Assembly (NCBI GenBank): GCA_964635055.1
Contig: CAZWMT010000002.1
Location: forward strand, 130,550 to 194,549
Reading direction: 5' to 3'
Length of the DNA: 64,000 nucleotides
From: an uncultured Microthrixaceae bacterium
GTDB lineage: Bacteria > Actinomycetota > Acidimicrobiia > Acidimicrobiales > DATDAH01
The notes under the pieces were generated by a model. It had not been told where the DNA came from, ran no database searches, and saw nothing but the letters and a program-made list of their open reading frames with translations. Positions 23,054 to 31,735 of this stretch are shown in pieces. A program made the translations under genes and the position numbers. How positions within the stretch are numbered: position 1 is the stretch's first letter; each line of letters opens with the position of its first letter.

Positions 23054-23986
23054 TCAGGCACCGCAGACCTGCTCCTCGTAGGCGGCGACCCGGGCGAACT
23101 GGTCACGGATGGCGTCGGCGGTGAGCTGCAGGTCCGCCCGCTCCTCGGGTGTCCCCTCCCGGATGACGCCGACGAAGTCGTACCCGTGCGCCGCGAGCAC
23201 GTCGCGCTGCTCGCCCGCGGTCCAGGCCGCCACTGCGGCGACGTCGTCCTGGATGGACGCCGGCGCGGCGTCGACCTGCGCCGGCCCGCCCTCGACCAGC
23301 TCCGCGACGAGTGCTTCGACGTCGGCGGGATCGGCGCCGCCGCCCATCACCTCGCCGATCCGCTCCTGCTCAGCGGCCACCGCGTCACAGTACGCCCCGG
23401 CCTCCTCGCCTTCGAAGGAGACGTTCGCCGGCCGCGGTTGCTGGGCGCCGCAGACGTCGCCCTCGTACGTGAGGATGCGGTCCTGGGCCGCCTCGACGTC
23501 GGGCGGTGCCTCGAGGGCGGCCAGCTCCTCGGGGGTCCCGTTCTCCTGGAGGGCGACGACGTCGTAGTCGTAGCGCTCGAGCACCGGGTTGATGGTCTCG
23601 TTCTCCGCGTCGACCTTGCGCTGCCAGTCCTCGGCCAGCTCGTCCGGCGCGGTCTCGAGCGCGGTCTGCTCGAAGGCCAGGAACTCGTTCCAGTAGGCCT
23701 CGAACGCCGCCGGGTCGGTCTCGTCCACGGGCTGGGTCACCTCGTGGATGGCCCATTCCCGGGCCGCGTCGCAGTAGGCGCTCTCGGCAGGGTCGTCGGC
23801 CGGCTCCGTCGCCGGGGCGGTCGTGGTGGCGGCCCCGTCGTCACCGGCGCCGCTGCTGGTGCAGGCCCCCGCCATGAGGCCGAGCGCGAGCGCGAGCGCG
23901 AGCGCGGCCGGGCGGGTTCGGCCCTGTCGTTCGGTTCGTGTGGGCGTGGTTCGTGTGGGCGTGGTTCGCGTGAGCAGGGTTCGCAT
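23054..23986 (-). CDS. Acidic lipoprotein with two tandem ~120-aa Cys-bracketed domains, function unknown
   Basis: MRTLLTRTTPTRTTPTRTE..LALALGLMAGAC (lipobox). Both halves start with YCDA and end with Y-E-x-x-VCGA, and share (Y/HGY)DxVxxxxxGTPEE. Only the 3' part of ORF 23054..24433 is coding. Confidence 0.7.
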   Translation of the reverse strand: MRTLLTRTTPTRTTPTRTERQGRTRPAALALALALGLMAGACTSSGAGDDGAATTTAPATEPADDPAESAYCDAAREWAIHEVTQPVDETDPAAFEAYWNEFLAFEQTALETAPDELAEDWQRKVDAENETINPVLERYDYDVVALQENGTPEELAALEAPPDVEAAQDRILTYEGDVCGAQQPRPANVSFEGEEAGAYCDAVAAEQERIGEVMGGGADPADVEALVAELVEGGPAQVDAAPASIQDDVAAVAAWTAGEQRDVLAAHGYDFVGVIREGTPEERADLQLTADAIRDQFARVAAYEEQVCGA

Positions 23987-24218
23987 GCCGGTGAGTGTCC
24001 GGCGGCGGGCGGGACCATGCCATGGCCTCGGAAGGCATGCGCACCCTCCTCCGAGGGAAGGTCGATCTGCCCCTCGGGCAAGGGTGCGGTGCGGGCCGGC
24101 GCCGCCGCGTCGCTGGAAACCGGGGGTATCCGGCGACGCTCGGAAGGTGGTGCAACACTGTCCGTGAGGGCGGTTCCACCACAGTTGGGCGCGAGCGACG
24201 GACAGGAGGACCACACCT

Positions 24219-25955
24219 GTGGCCAATGGTGAGGAGCTGCTCCGCCCCGGCGTCGGCCCCCTGCAGGACACCGTCGCTCCCGCCGGCGAGCCCGACGCGG
24301 GTGGGCACGACCTGACCGATCGCGGCCGCACGGAGGCCAAGTTCCAGGGCCTCCTCGACGCCGCCCCCGACGCGATCGTCGCGGTCGACGCCGACGGCCT
24401 GATCCAACTCATCAACCGGCAGGCCGAAGCCATGTTCGGCTACCGCCGTGAGCACCTGGTGGGCCAGTCGCTCGAGCTCCTCATCCCCGAGCGGGTGCGG
24501 TCGCAGCACCCTGCCCACCGTGACGGGTACTTCGCACACCCCGTCACCCGCCCGATGGGCGCGGGCCTCGAGCTGTCGGCCCGGCGGAGCGACGGCACGG
24601 AGTTCCCGGTGGACATCTCGCTCTCGTCGCTCGACACCGAGGACGGTCGGTTGGTCACCGCCGCGGTGCGCGACATCACCGACCGCAAGCGCAGCGAGGC
24701 CGAGCAGGCCGCGTTGGAGGCCCGGCTCCGCAAGGCCGAGGTCGACGAGGCCCGCGCCCACCTCGAGGCCCAGCTGCAGCAGTCGCAACGGCTCGAGAGC
24801 ATCGGGCAGCTCGCGGGCGGCGTCGCCCACGACTTCAACAACCTGCTCGCGGGGATCATGAACTACGCCGAGCTGGTGGCTGCGGGCCTCTCGTCGGCGC
24901 TGCAGCGGCCGGCGGCCGATCCCGAGCTGTCCACGGTGATGGCCGACGCGCTCGAGATCGTGAAGGTGGCCCGGCGGGCGGCCGAGCTGGTCCGTCAACT
25001 GTTGATCTTCTCGCGCCGTGAGGTGTCCCAGCCGGTGGTGCTCGACCTGAACTCGGTGGTGGTCGAGATGGAGCGGTTGCTGGCCCGCACCATCGGTGAG
25101 GACGTCGACCTGCAGACGTCGCTCCGCGACGACCTGGCCCACACGCGGATCGACAAGGGTCAGCTCGAACAGGTGCTGATGAACCTGGTCGTGAACGCCC
25201 GCGACGCCATGCCCGACGGCGGCCGCCTCACCCTGACCACCTCCGACTTCCACGCCGACGAGAGCTACGCGCAGGCGCACGGCATCGTGGCCGGCCGCTA
25301 CGTGCGGCTCACCGTGTCGGACACGGGCGTCGGGATGGCCCCCGACGTGGTGGAGCGGGCCTTCGAGCCCTTCTTCTCCACCAAGCCCAAGGATCGTGGC
25401 TCGGGCCTCGGCCTGGCCACGGTGTACGGCATCGTCACCCAGGCCGGAGGCGACGTCACGATCTACTCCGAGCAGGGCCTGGGCACCACGGTCCGCGTGA
25501 ACCTCCCTGCCACCACCGACGACGCCAGCACCGGTGCCGGTGACGTGGGCGACCCCCGATCGGGACGGGGCGAGACGGTCCTGCTGGTCGAGGACGAGGA
25601 GATGGTGCGCGAGCCGGCGCGGCGGTTGCTCAGCCAGCGGGGCTACAGCGTGCTCGCGGCTGGCGATGCCGAGCAGGCCCTTCGTCTGGTCGCGGCGCAC
25701 CACGGACCCATCGACCTACTGCTCACCGACGTGGTGATGCCGGGACGCTCCGGCAAGGAGCTGGCCGAGCAGGTGTGCGAGGACCGCCCGGGGTGCCGGG
25801 TGATCTTCATGAGCGGCTACAGCCAGGACGTGATCGCCCACCAGGGGGTCCTGGAGCCCGGCGTGACGTTGCTCGAGAAGCCCTTCGCGGCCGATGCCCT
25901 GCTGGGCGCGGTGCGCGACAGCCTTGATCCAGCGAGGGAGGTCCGCGATGGCTGA
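24219..25955 (+). CDS. Hybrid sensor histidine kinase (PAS + HisKA + HATPase_c + C-terminal receiver)
   Basis: PAS: FQGLLDAAPDAIVAVDADGLIQLINRQAEAMFGY. H-box: GQLAGGVAHDFNNLL. ATPase: NLVVNARDAM, DTGVGM, GSGLGLATV. REC: VLLVEDEEMVRE..LLLTDVVMPG. SD GGAGG lies 9 nt before GTG 24219. Confidence 0.92.
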   Translation: MANGEELLRPGVGPLQDTVAPAGEPDAGGHDLTDRGRTEAKFQGLLDAAPDAIVAVDADGLIQLINRQAEAMFGYRREHLVGQSLELLIPERVRSQHPAHRDGYFAHPVTRPMGAGLELSARRSDGTEFPVDISLSSLDTEDGRLVTAAVRDITDRKRSEAEQAALEARLRKAEVDEARAHLEAQLQQSQRLESIGQLAGGVAHDFNNLLAGIMNYAELVAAGLSSALQRPAADPELSTVMADALEIVKVARRAAELVRQLLIFSRREVSQPVVLDLNSVVVEMERLLARTIGEDVDLQTSLRDDLAHTRIDKGQLEQVLMNLVVNARDAMPDGGRLTLTTSDFHADESYAQAHGIVAGRYVRLTVSDTGVGMAPDVVERAFEPFFSTKPKDRGSGLGLATVYGIVTQAGGDVTIYSEQGLGTTVRVNLPATTDDASTGAGDVGDPRSGRGETVLLVEDEEMVREPARRLLSQRGYSVLAAGDAEQALRLVAAHHGPIDLLLTDVVMPGRSGKELAEQVCEDRPGCRVIFMSGYSQDVIAHQGVLEPGVTLLEKPFAADALLGAVRDSLDPAREVRDG

Positions 25956-27777
25956 TGACGCGCCCGGCACCGTCCTGGTGGTCGACGACGACGAGACGCT
26001 CCGGCTCGTCGTCGTCCGCATGCTCGAGCGCGAGGGCTACGTGTGTGTCCAGGCGGCCAGCGCGTCGGCCGCCCGGGCCGCCCTCGAGACCCGCGGAGAG
26101 GGTGTGGCTGGAGCAGGTGTGGGTGGAGAGGGTGTGGGTGGAGCAGGTGAGGGCGCGACGGGGGTCGACGCCGTCCTGTGCGACATCCGCATGCCCGGCG
26201 AATCGGGCCTCGAGCTGCTCCGGTCGCTGGTGGCCGACCATCCCACGATCGCGGTGGTGATGATCACCGGGATCACCGACCCCGCCACCGCCGCCCTCGC
26301 GGTCGAGATCGGTGCCGACGCCTACCTGGTCAAGCCGTTCGATCGCACCGAGCTCGTCATCGCGCTGGCCACCGCGTTCAAGCGACGCTCGCTGGAGCAC
26401 ACCCGGCAGCTCCTCTCGGAGGGCCACGGGCGGGCGGTGGTGGCCGTGCGCGACCTCAACATCACCCTCGAGCACTTCGAGGTGGCCGCCGGCCTCGAGT
26501 CGGGGCCCGGCGAACACCGGCTCACCGACGTCGGCATCGCCGAGCTCATCGACCGACTGTCCCGTTCGGTGTCGCTGCGCCACGAGGAAACCGCGCAGCA
26601 CCTCGAGCGCATGAGCCGCTACACGGCCGTGCTGGCCTCGGCGGTGGGGTTCGACGAGGTCCCGGTCGATGACCTGCGCCTGGCGGCAGCCCTGCACGAC
26701 GTGGGCAAGATCGGCGTGCCCGACGCGGTGCTGTTGAAGCCCGGCCGCCTCACCGCCGCCGAGTTCGGCGTGATCCAGAAGCACGCCTCCTACGGCTACC
26801 GGTTGTTGGCGGGCTCGCAGTCGCCGCTGCTGGCCGAGGCCGCGATCATCGCCCTGTGCCACCACGAGTGGTGGGACGGCTCGGGCTACCCGTTGGGCAT
26901 CCGCGGCGCCGAGATCGCCGAGACCGCCCGCATCGTGGCGGTCGCCGACGTGTTCGACGCGCTCACGTCCGATCGTGTCTACCGGCCTCGCCACTCGTTC
27001 GCGGAGGCCGCGGCGATCATGGCGGGCCGGCGTGGCAGCCAGTTCGAGCCGCGCCTGCTCGACGCCTTCCTCGACTCGATGGACGCCATCGCGGCGATCG
27101 CCGCCGAGTACCCCGAGCGGGCCCCGGCCGACCGTCGCGTGCGGGTGCTGGTGGTGGACGACCACGAGATCTTCGTCGACAGCCTGGTGCGCCGCCTGGC
27201 GCTCGAGGACGACCTGCGGGTGGTGGGTGTGGCGGGCACGGTCGCGGCGGCCCGGAAGGCCGCGATCGACTACGAGCCGGACGTGGTGCTGATGGACTTC
27301 GAACTGCCTGACGGCGACGGCGCCCAGGCGACCGAGCAGGTGAAGCGGTACTCGCCGGCGGTGAAGGTCGTGATGTTGACGGCGCGGACCGACCGGGCCG
27401 CCCTCGTGCGCGCCCTGGCCGCCGGGTGCTCGGGCTTCGTCACCAAGGGCGAGGGAGCCGACCGCCTCATCGCCGCCATCCACCACGCCCACCTGGGTGA
27501 GGCGGTGACGTCGCCGGACGAGCTGGCGCCCCTGCTGGCGGAGCTGCGGTCCACCCAGCGCGGCCTCGGGGCCACGCTCACGAGCCGTGAGATCGAAGTG
27601 CTCGAGCTGGTGGCCGCGGGGCTGCCCAACAAGGCCATCGGCGAGCAGCTGTACCTCAGCGTGCACACCATCCGGAACCACGTGCAGCGGATCCTGGAGA
27701 AGCTGCAGGTGCACTCGAAGCTGGAAGCGGTGGCCGTGGGTGTGCGCGAGGGCGTGGTGGCGATCCCTCGGTCGTAG
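25948..27777 (+). CDS. Response regulator with REC + HD-GYP + REC + LuxR HTH architecture
   Basis: ATG 25948 overlaps the kinase stop (ATGGCTGA), with SD GGGAGG upstream. REC1: VLVVDDDETLR..LCDIRMPG. HD-GYP: LHDVGKIGVPD..HHEWWDGSGYP. REC2: VLVVDDHEIFV..VVLMDFELPDGDG. HTH: LTSREIEVLELVAAGLPNKAIGEQLYLSVHTIRNHV. Confidence 0.9.
   Translation: MADDAPGTVLVVDDDETLRLVVVRMLEREGYVCVQAASASAARAALETRGEGVAGAGVGGEGVGGAGEGATGVDAVLCDIRMPGESGLELLRSLVADHPTIAVVMITGITDPATAALAVEIGADAYLVKPFDRTELVIALATAFKRRSLEHTRQLLSEGHGRAVVAVRDLNITLEHFEVAAGLESGPGEHRLTDVGIAELIDRLSRSVSLRHEETAQHLERMSRYTAVLASAVGFDEVPVDDLRLAAALHDVGKIGVPDAVLLKPGRLTAAEFGVIQKHASYGYRLLAGSQSPLLAEAAIIALCHHEWWDGSGYPLGIRGAEIAETARIVAVADVFDALTSDRVYRPRHSFAEAAAIMAGRRGSQFEPRLLDAFLDSMDAIAAIAAEYPERAPADRRVRVLVVDDHEIFVDSLVRRLALEDDLRVVGVAGTVAAARKAAIDYEPDVVLMDFELPDGDGAQATEQVKRYSPAVKVVMLTARTDRAALVRALAAGCSGFVTKGEGADRLIAAIHHAHLGEAVTSPDELAPLLAELRSTQRGLGATLTSREIEVLELVAAGLPNKAIGEQLYLSVHTIRNHVQRILEKLQVHSKLEAVAVGVREGVVAIPRS
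26095..26154 (+). repeat. 30-bp in-frame tandem duplication inside REC1 (Gly-rich insert)
   Basis: GGAGAGGGTGTGGCTGGAGCAGGTGTGGGT followed by GGAGAGGGTGTGGGTGGAGCAGGTGAGGGC. It encodes GEGVAGAGVG / GEGVGGAGEG. Confidence 0.9.
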
Positions 27778-27787
27778 GGGGCGCGGA

Positions 27788-29527
27788 TCAGCCCCGCCAC
27801 ACCACCGTTCCGACGAGCGACCGGCCCAGGTGGATGAGCGCGCGCACCGCGAACACCAGCCCCACGATCGCGAGCAGGCCCATGGCCGCGGCGCCGGCCC
27901 CGGCGACCACGGCCTCGTCCCGGGCCAGGACGCCGTGGGGCTCCAGCACGGCAACGCCGTAGGTGAGGGCCACGGTGGCGGGGATCGGCACCAGCGACAG
28001 GCAGAGCCCGAGCAGCGACGAGAACGCCGCGTAGGTGCGCCACCCGGCACGGGTGAGCCCCTGGCGGGCCACGACGGCGCGCGTGATCCGCTGGGCCGCG
28101 AAGGCCAGGGCCAGGAAGGCCACGATGGGCCAGAGCGCCCACGCCATGTTCCACGCGTCGACCACGCGGCTCTCCTCGACACTGGTCGGGATCACGCCGT
28201 CGTCCACCCGGTCGTAGGCCAGCACCGTCACCAGGTACACGAGGGCCGAGAGCGTGCCCACCCAGCCGAAGTCGGGCAGGCGCTGGGCCCACCGGGCCAA
28301 CCAGGTGACGGGGTAGCGGGCGGGCGGCGCCGGGCGGGGCGGGGGCGGTGCCGGCACCACCGGGGCGGGCGGGGCCGGACGGGCCGGGGGAGGGGCCTGG
28401 GGTCGGGTCTGGGGACGCGCCTGGGGTCGAGTCTGGGGACGGGCCTGGGGTCGGGCCGGTGGGGGCGCTGGTGGACGCGGGGGGGTGTACACCACGTTCG
28501 GTGGCTCTGGCTCGGGCGGGAGCCGCAGCACCAGCGGGGCTCCCGGTGTGGACGGTCCGGGTGCCTGGGTCGGGCCGGGCGCCTGGGCCGGGCCGGGCGA
28601 CGGCGCCACGGGTGTGGGCGGGGACGGCGGCGGCGACGGTGGGGGGGTGGGGATCAGGTGCCACGTGCGCTCGACCAGCATCACCGAGGTGCGCACCGGG
28701 TCGTCCGCCGCGGGCTCCCGCAGCGCGACGAGACGGGCCACCAGGGTGGTGGCCGTGGGCCGATCGCCCGGCTCCTTGGCGTGGGCCCAGCGGGCCAGCT
28801 CGGCCAGCGGTGCCGGCAGCGTGCTGTGGTCGGCGTCGGTGTGGAGCACCTGGTACATCACCGCCGAGGCGTTGCCGGACTCGTCGCGGAACGGGGCCCG
28901 GCCGGTGGCGGCGAAGTGCAGCACCGACCCCCACGCGAACACGTCGATGGCGGGGCTGGCCCCGGTGCCGGTGAACTGCTCGGGCGCCATGTACGGGCCC
29001 GTGCCCATCACCAGGCCGGTGGCGGTGAGGCGGTCGAGGCCCACCGCCGAGGCGATGCCGAAGTCGACGACCACCGGGGTGCGGGCGGTGAGCAACACGT
29101 TGCCCGGCTTGAGGTCGCGGTGGATCACCCCCGACCCGGCGATCGACGAGATGGCTTCGGCGAGGGCCAGGGCCAGGGCGTAGAGGTTGTCGCCGGCGAG
29201 TGGGCCCCGCAGGCTGACCTCCTCGTGCAGCGTGGGGCCGCTCACGTACTCGGTCACCAGGTAGGGCGGGGAGGCGTCGAGGTCGTAGTCCAACACGTTG
29301 GCCACGTGTTCGCCCCGCACCCGCTGGGCCAACGCCACCTCGCGCCCGAAGCGGGCCACGTAGTCCGCCTCCCGGGCCAGGTGGCGGTGCATCACCTTCA
29401 CCGCGCCCCGCTGCCAGTCCGCCCGGACGCCGGCGTAGACGACGCCGAACCCGCCCTCGCCCAGCCGGGCGGTGAGACGCCACCCGCCGATCTGGCGGGG
29501 GTCGTCGTCCAGCAGCGGTCGGGACAT
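27788..29527 (-). CDS. Ser/Thr protein kinase with Pro-rich linker and C-terminal polytopic membrane domain
   Basis: GEGGFGVVY, AVKVM, HRDLKPGNVLL, DFGIAS. The linker has ARPQARPQTRPQARPQTRPQ repeats, followed by ~4 predicted TM helices. ATG 29527 is chosen so the protein starts MSRPLLDDDP. Confidence 0.9.
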   Translation of the reverse strand: MSRPLLDDDPRQIGGWRLTARLGEGGFGVVYAGVRADWQRGAVKVMHRHLAREADYVARFGREVALAQRVRGEHVANVLDYDLDASPPYLVTEYVSGPTLHEEVSLRGPLAGDNLYALALALAEAISSIAGSGVIHRDLKPGNVLLTARTPVVVDFGIASAVGLDRLTATGLVMGTGPYMAPEQFTGTGASPAIDVFAWGSVLHFAATGRAPFRDESGNASAVMYQVLHTDADHSTLPAPLAELARWAHAKEPGDRPTATTLVARLVALREPAADDPVRTSVMLVERTWHLIPTPPPSPPPSPPTPVAPSPGPAQAPGPTQAPGPSTPGAPLVLRLPPEPEPPNVVYTPPRPPAPPPARPQARPQTRPQARPQTRPQAPPPARPAPPAPVVPAPPPPRPAPPARYPVTWLARWAQRLPDFGWVGTLSALVYLVTVLAYDRVDDGVIPTSVEESRVVDAWNMAWALWPIVAFLALAFAAQRITRAVVARQGLTRAGWRTYAAFSSLLGLCLSLVPIPATVALTYGVAVLEPHGVLARDEAVVAGAGAAAMGLLAIVGLVFAVRALIHLGRSLVGTVVWRG

Positions 29528-29705
29528 GGAGGAGAGTCTTGCGGAACCAGGGCGGCTGGGGGTCGGGGCCCGGTGGTCGGTCAGGGGCGGTCCGGGCACG
29601 GGAGAGAGTGTGCTGCGCCCGGTCGCCGAAGGGGGCGCGCCCCCCGCCGGCCGGGCCTCCCGAGCGGCGCGCTCCGGACGGGGCCGTCAGCGGTGACGGT
29701 GGTGG

Positions 29706-29993
29706 TCAGAGCACGAGGTACGCGAGCAGGGTGGCCAGGCCGGCCAGTGCGATCACGATGGCACCGATGGCCAGCCGGCGGTTGCGCCGACGGTGGTGGC
29801 CCAGGCCGAAGTCGACCAGGTCCTCCTCGCGGCGCCGGCGCAGGTAGGCGTCGTCGCGCCGGCTGCCCACCTTCGGCAGGTGCTGGTGGGGCTGCTGCTT
29901 GCGCCGCCGGGCCTCCTGGGCCGCCCGCTTCTGGCCCCGCTGGCTCTGCGCCCGTGCCCGCTGGGCACTCTTGTTCTTCGCCACGGCGGGCAT
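29706..29993 (-). CDS. Small highly basic protein with C-terminal TM anchor (95 aa), hypothetical
   Basis: High GC3. Arg/Lys/Gln-rich N-terminal 70 aa, then LAIGAIVIALAGLATLLAYLVL. No family recognised. Confidence 0.5.
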   Translation of the reverse strand: MPAVAKNKSAQRARAQSQRGQKRAAQEARRRKQQPHQHLPKVGSRRDDAYLRRRREEDLVDFGLGHHRRRNRRLAIGAIVIALAGLATLLAYLVL

Positions 29994-30076
29994 GGTAGAT
30001 CGCGGGCGGCGGTGGCGGGGGTCCGAGCACCGCGGCCGTGGCCAGTTCGGCGTCCCGGAGACTTAAGGAGAAGTCC

Positions 30077-30105
30077 TTGACAGAGTAAGGAGAATCACTT
30101 ACCGT
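30077..30105 (+). promoter_or_regulatory. Promoter of the TetR gene: -35 TTGACA, 17-nt spacer, -10 TACCGT, in a low-GC island with inverted and direct repeats
   Basis: TTGACA at 30077-30082 and TACCGT at 30100-30105. In-frame GTG 30113 lies 7 nt downstream (leaderless candidate). GACTT-aaggag-AAGTC (30060-30075) and the TAAGGAGAA direct repeat are operator candidates. Confidence 0.5.
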
Positions 30106-30799
30106 GCCACTCGTGACCGACGCCGCCCAGCAGATGCTCGACGCCGCGGAGCGCCTCGTCGCCGAGCGCGGCCTCGCCGCGCTGACCGTCCAGGCGGTGC
30201 AGGAAGCAGCCGGCCAGCGCAACAAGTCCGCCGTCCAGTACCACTTCGGGGGCCGTCAGGGGCTGGTCAACGCGCTGGTCGCGGCCCGCATGGCCCCGAC
30301 GAACGAGCGCCGCACCGCCATGCTGTTGGCGCTCGGTCCCGACCCCTCCACACGCGAGCTGGTCGAGGCCTTGGTCGTTCCACTGGTCGAGTCGGTGCGC
30401 GGGCGCCGTCCCAGTTACTGGGCCCGGTTCCTGGTCCAGGCCATCGGCGACCCGACGACGGGACTCGCGGCGCTCGCCGCGGTCGACGACCGTGCGATCC
30501 AGGCCGCCCAGTCCCGACTCGAGGCCCGCCTCACCCACCTGCCGCCGGCCGTGCGCACCCTCCGGGTCCAGTCGATCTTCGCGTACACGTGCGTCGCGCT
30601 GGCCGCGTACGAAGTGGGCGCGCTGCCCCCCGAGCTCACGGGCGACGCGCTGACCATCGAGATCGTGGACGCCTGCTGCGGCCTCGTCGATGCCCCCACC
30701 TCAGCCCATCACCCACTCGCCGCCACCCCGACCGCCACCCCGACCGCCACCCCCACCCCCACCCCCGCCCCGACTGCCACGAAAGAGGACCACCCATGA
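30104..30799 (+). CDS. TetR/AcrR family transcriptional regulator with (A/P)T-repeat C-terminal tail
   Basis: LDAAERLVAERGLAALTVQAVQEAAGQRNKSAVQYHFGGRQGLVNAL (TetR HTH). Tail is ATPTATPTATPTPTPAPTAT. The true start may be the leaderless GTG 30113. The stop overlaps the next ATG (ATGA). Confidence 0.88.
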   Translation: MPLVTDAAQQMLDAAERLVAERGLAALTVQAVQEAAGQRNKSAVQYHFGGRQGLVNALVAARMAPTNERRTAMLLALGPDPSTRELVEALVVPLVESVRGRRPSYWARFLVQAIGDPTTGLAALAAVDDRAIQAAQSRLEARLTHLPPAVRTLRVQSIFAYTCVALAAYEVGALPPELTGDALTIEIVDACCGLVDAPTSAHHPLAATPTATPTATPTPTPAPTATKEDHP

Positions 30800-31647
30800 A
30801 GACGATGACCGTCACCCCGCACCCCGGCGCCGGGATCGAGATCTCGGGCGTCGACGTCCGCTCGCTCGGCGACGCCGACTTCGACGAGATCCGCACCCTG
30901 TTCCACCACCACGGGCTGGTGTTCCTCCGCGGCCAACAGCTGTCGGAGACCGACCACATCGACCTGGCCCGCCGCTTCGGCACGATCAACGTCAACCGCT
31001 TCTTCCTCAAGCATCCCGAGCACCCCGAGATCGCCATGGTGGCCAAGGAGGCCGACCAGCGCCTCAACGTCGGTGGGTTCTGGCACACCGATCACAGCTA
31101 CGACGTCGAGCCGGCACTGGGCTCGGTCCTCGTCGCCCGCGAGCTGCCGACCAGCGGTGGCGACACCAAGTTCCTCAGCACCTACGACGCCTTCGAGACC
31201 CTGCCCGCCGGGCTGCAGGACCGCCTCCGGGACATGCGGGCGGTGCACTCGGCGAAGCACGCGTTCGGCACCACGGCCGCACGCATCCGCGAGTGGATCG
31301 ACCCGCACGTGATGTCCGAGAACACCGAGGTCGCCGACGCGCTCGAGACGGTCACCCACCCTGCGGTGATCCGCCACCCCCTGTCGGGACGCGAGGCGCT
31401 GTTCGTCAACCCGAGCTTCACCATCGGCTTCGAGGGCTGGTCGATGGTGCGCTCCGCTCCGCTGCTGGCCCAGATCTACGCCCGGGTCCTGCGGGCCCGG
31501 CGCATCGCGAGCTTCCGATGGGAGCCCGGCTCCGTGGCGATCTGGGACAACCGCGCCACCTGGCACAACGCCAAGAACGACTACCGCGGCCAGCGCCGGG
31601 TGATGCACCGCATCACCGTCGACGGCTGCGCCCTCGACGCCGCCTGA
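30796..31647 (+). CDS. TauD/TfdA-family Fe(II)/2-oxoglutarate-dependent dioxygenase
   Basis: GAGIEISGVDV..FHHHGLVFLRGQ..FWHTDHSYD..GGDTKF..VHS and WDNRATWHNA..R.MHRITV are TauD family signatures. Confidence 0.88.
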   Translation: MKTMTVTPHPGAGIEISGVDVRSLGDADFDEIRTLFHHHGLVFLRGQQLSETDHIDLARRFGTINVNRFFLKHPEHPEIAMVAKEADQRLNVGGFWHTDHSYDVEPALGSVLVARELPTSGGDTKFLSTYDAFETLPAGLQDRLRDMRAVHSAKHAFGTTAARIREWIDPHVMSENTEVADALETVTHPAVIRHPLSGREALFVNPSFTIGFEGWSMVRSAPLLAQIYARVLRARRIASFRWEPGSVAIWDNRATWHNAKNDYRGQRRVMHRITVDGCALDAA

Positions 31648-31735
31648 GGGCTCGGGGCGCAGCGCGCCGGCACCGCTGTTGTTCTGGCGCCCGATTCGGC
31701 TGCCCTGGCAACCGAATCGGGCGCCAGTTCAGCCG

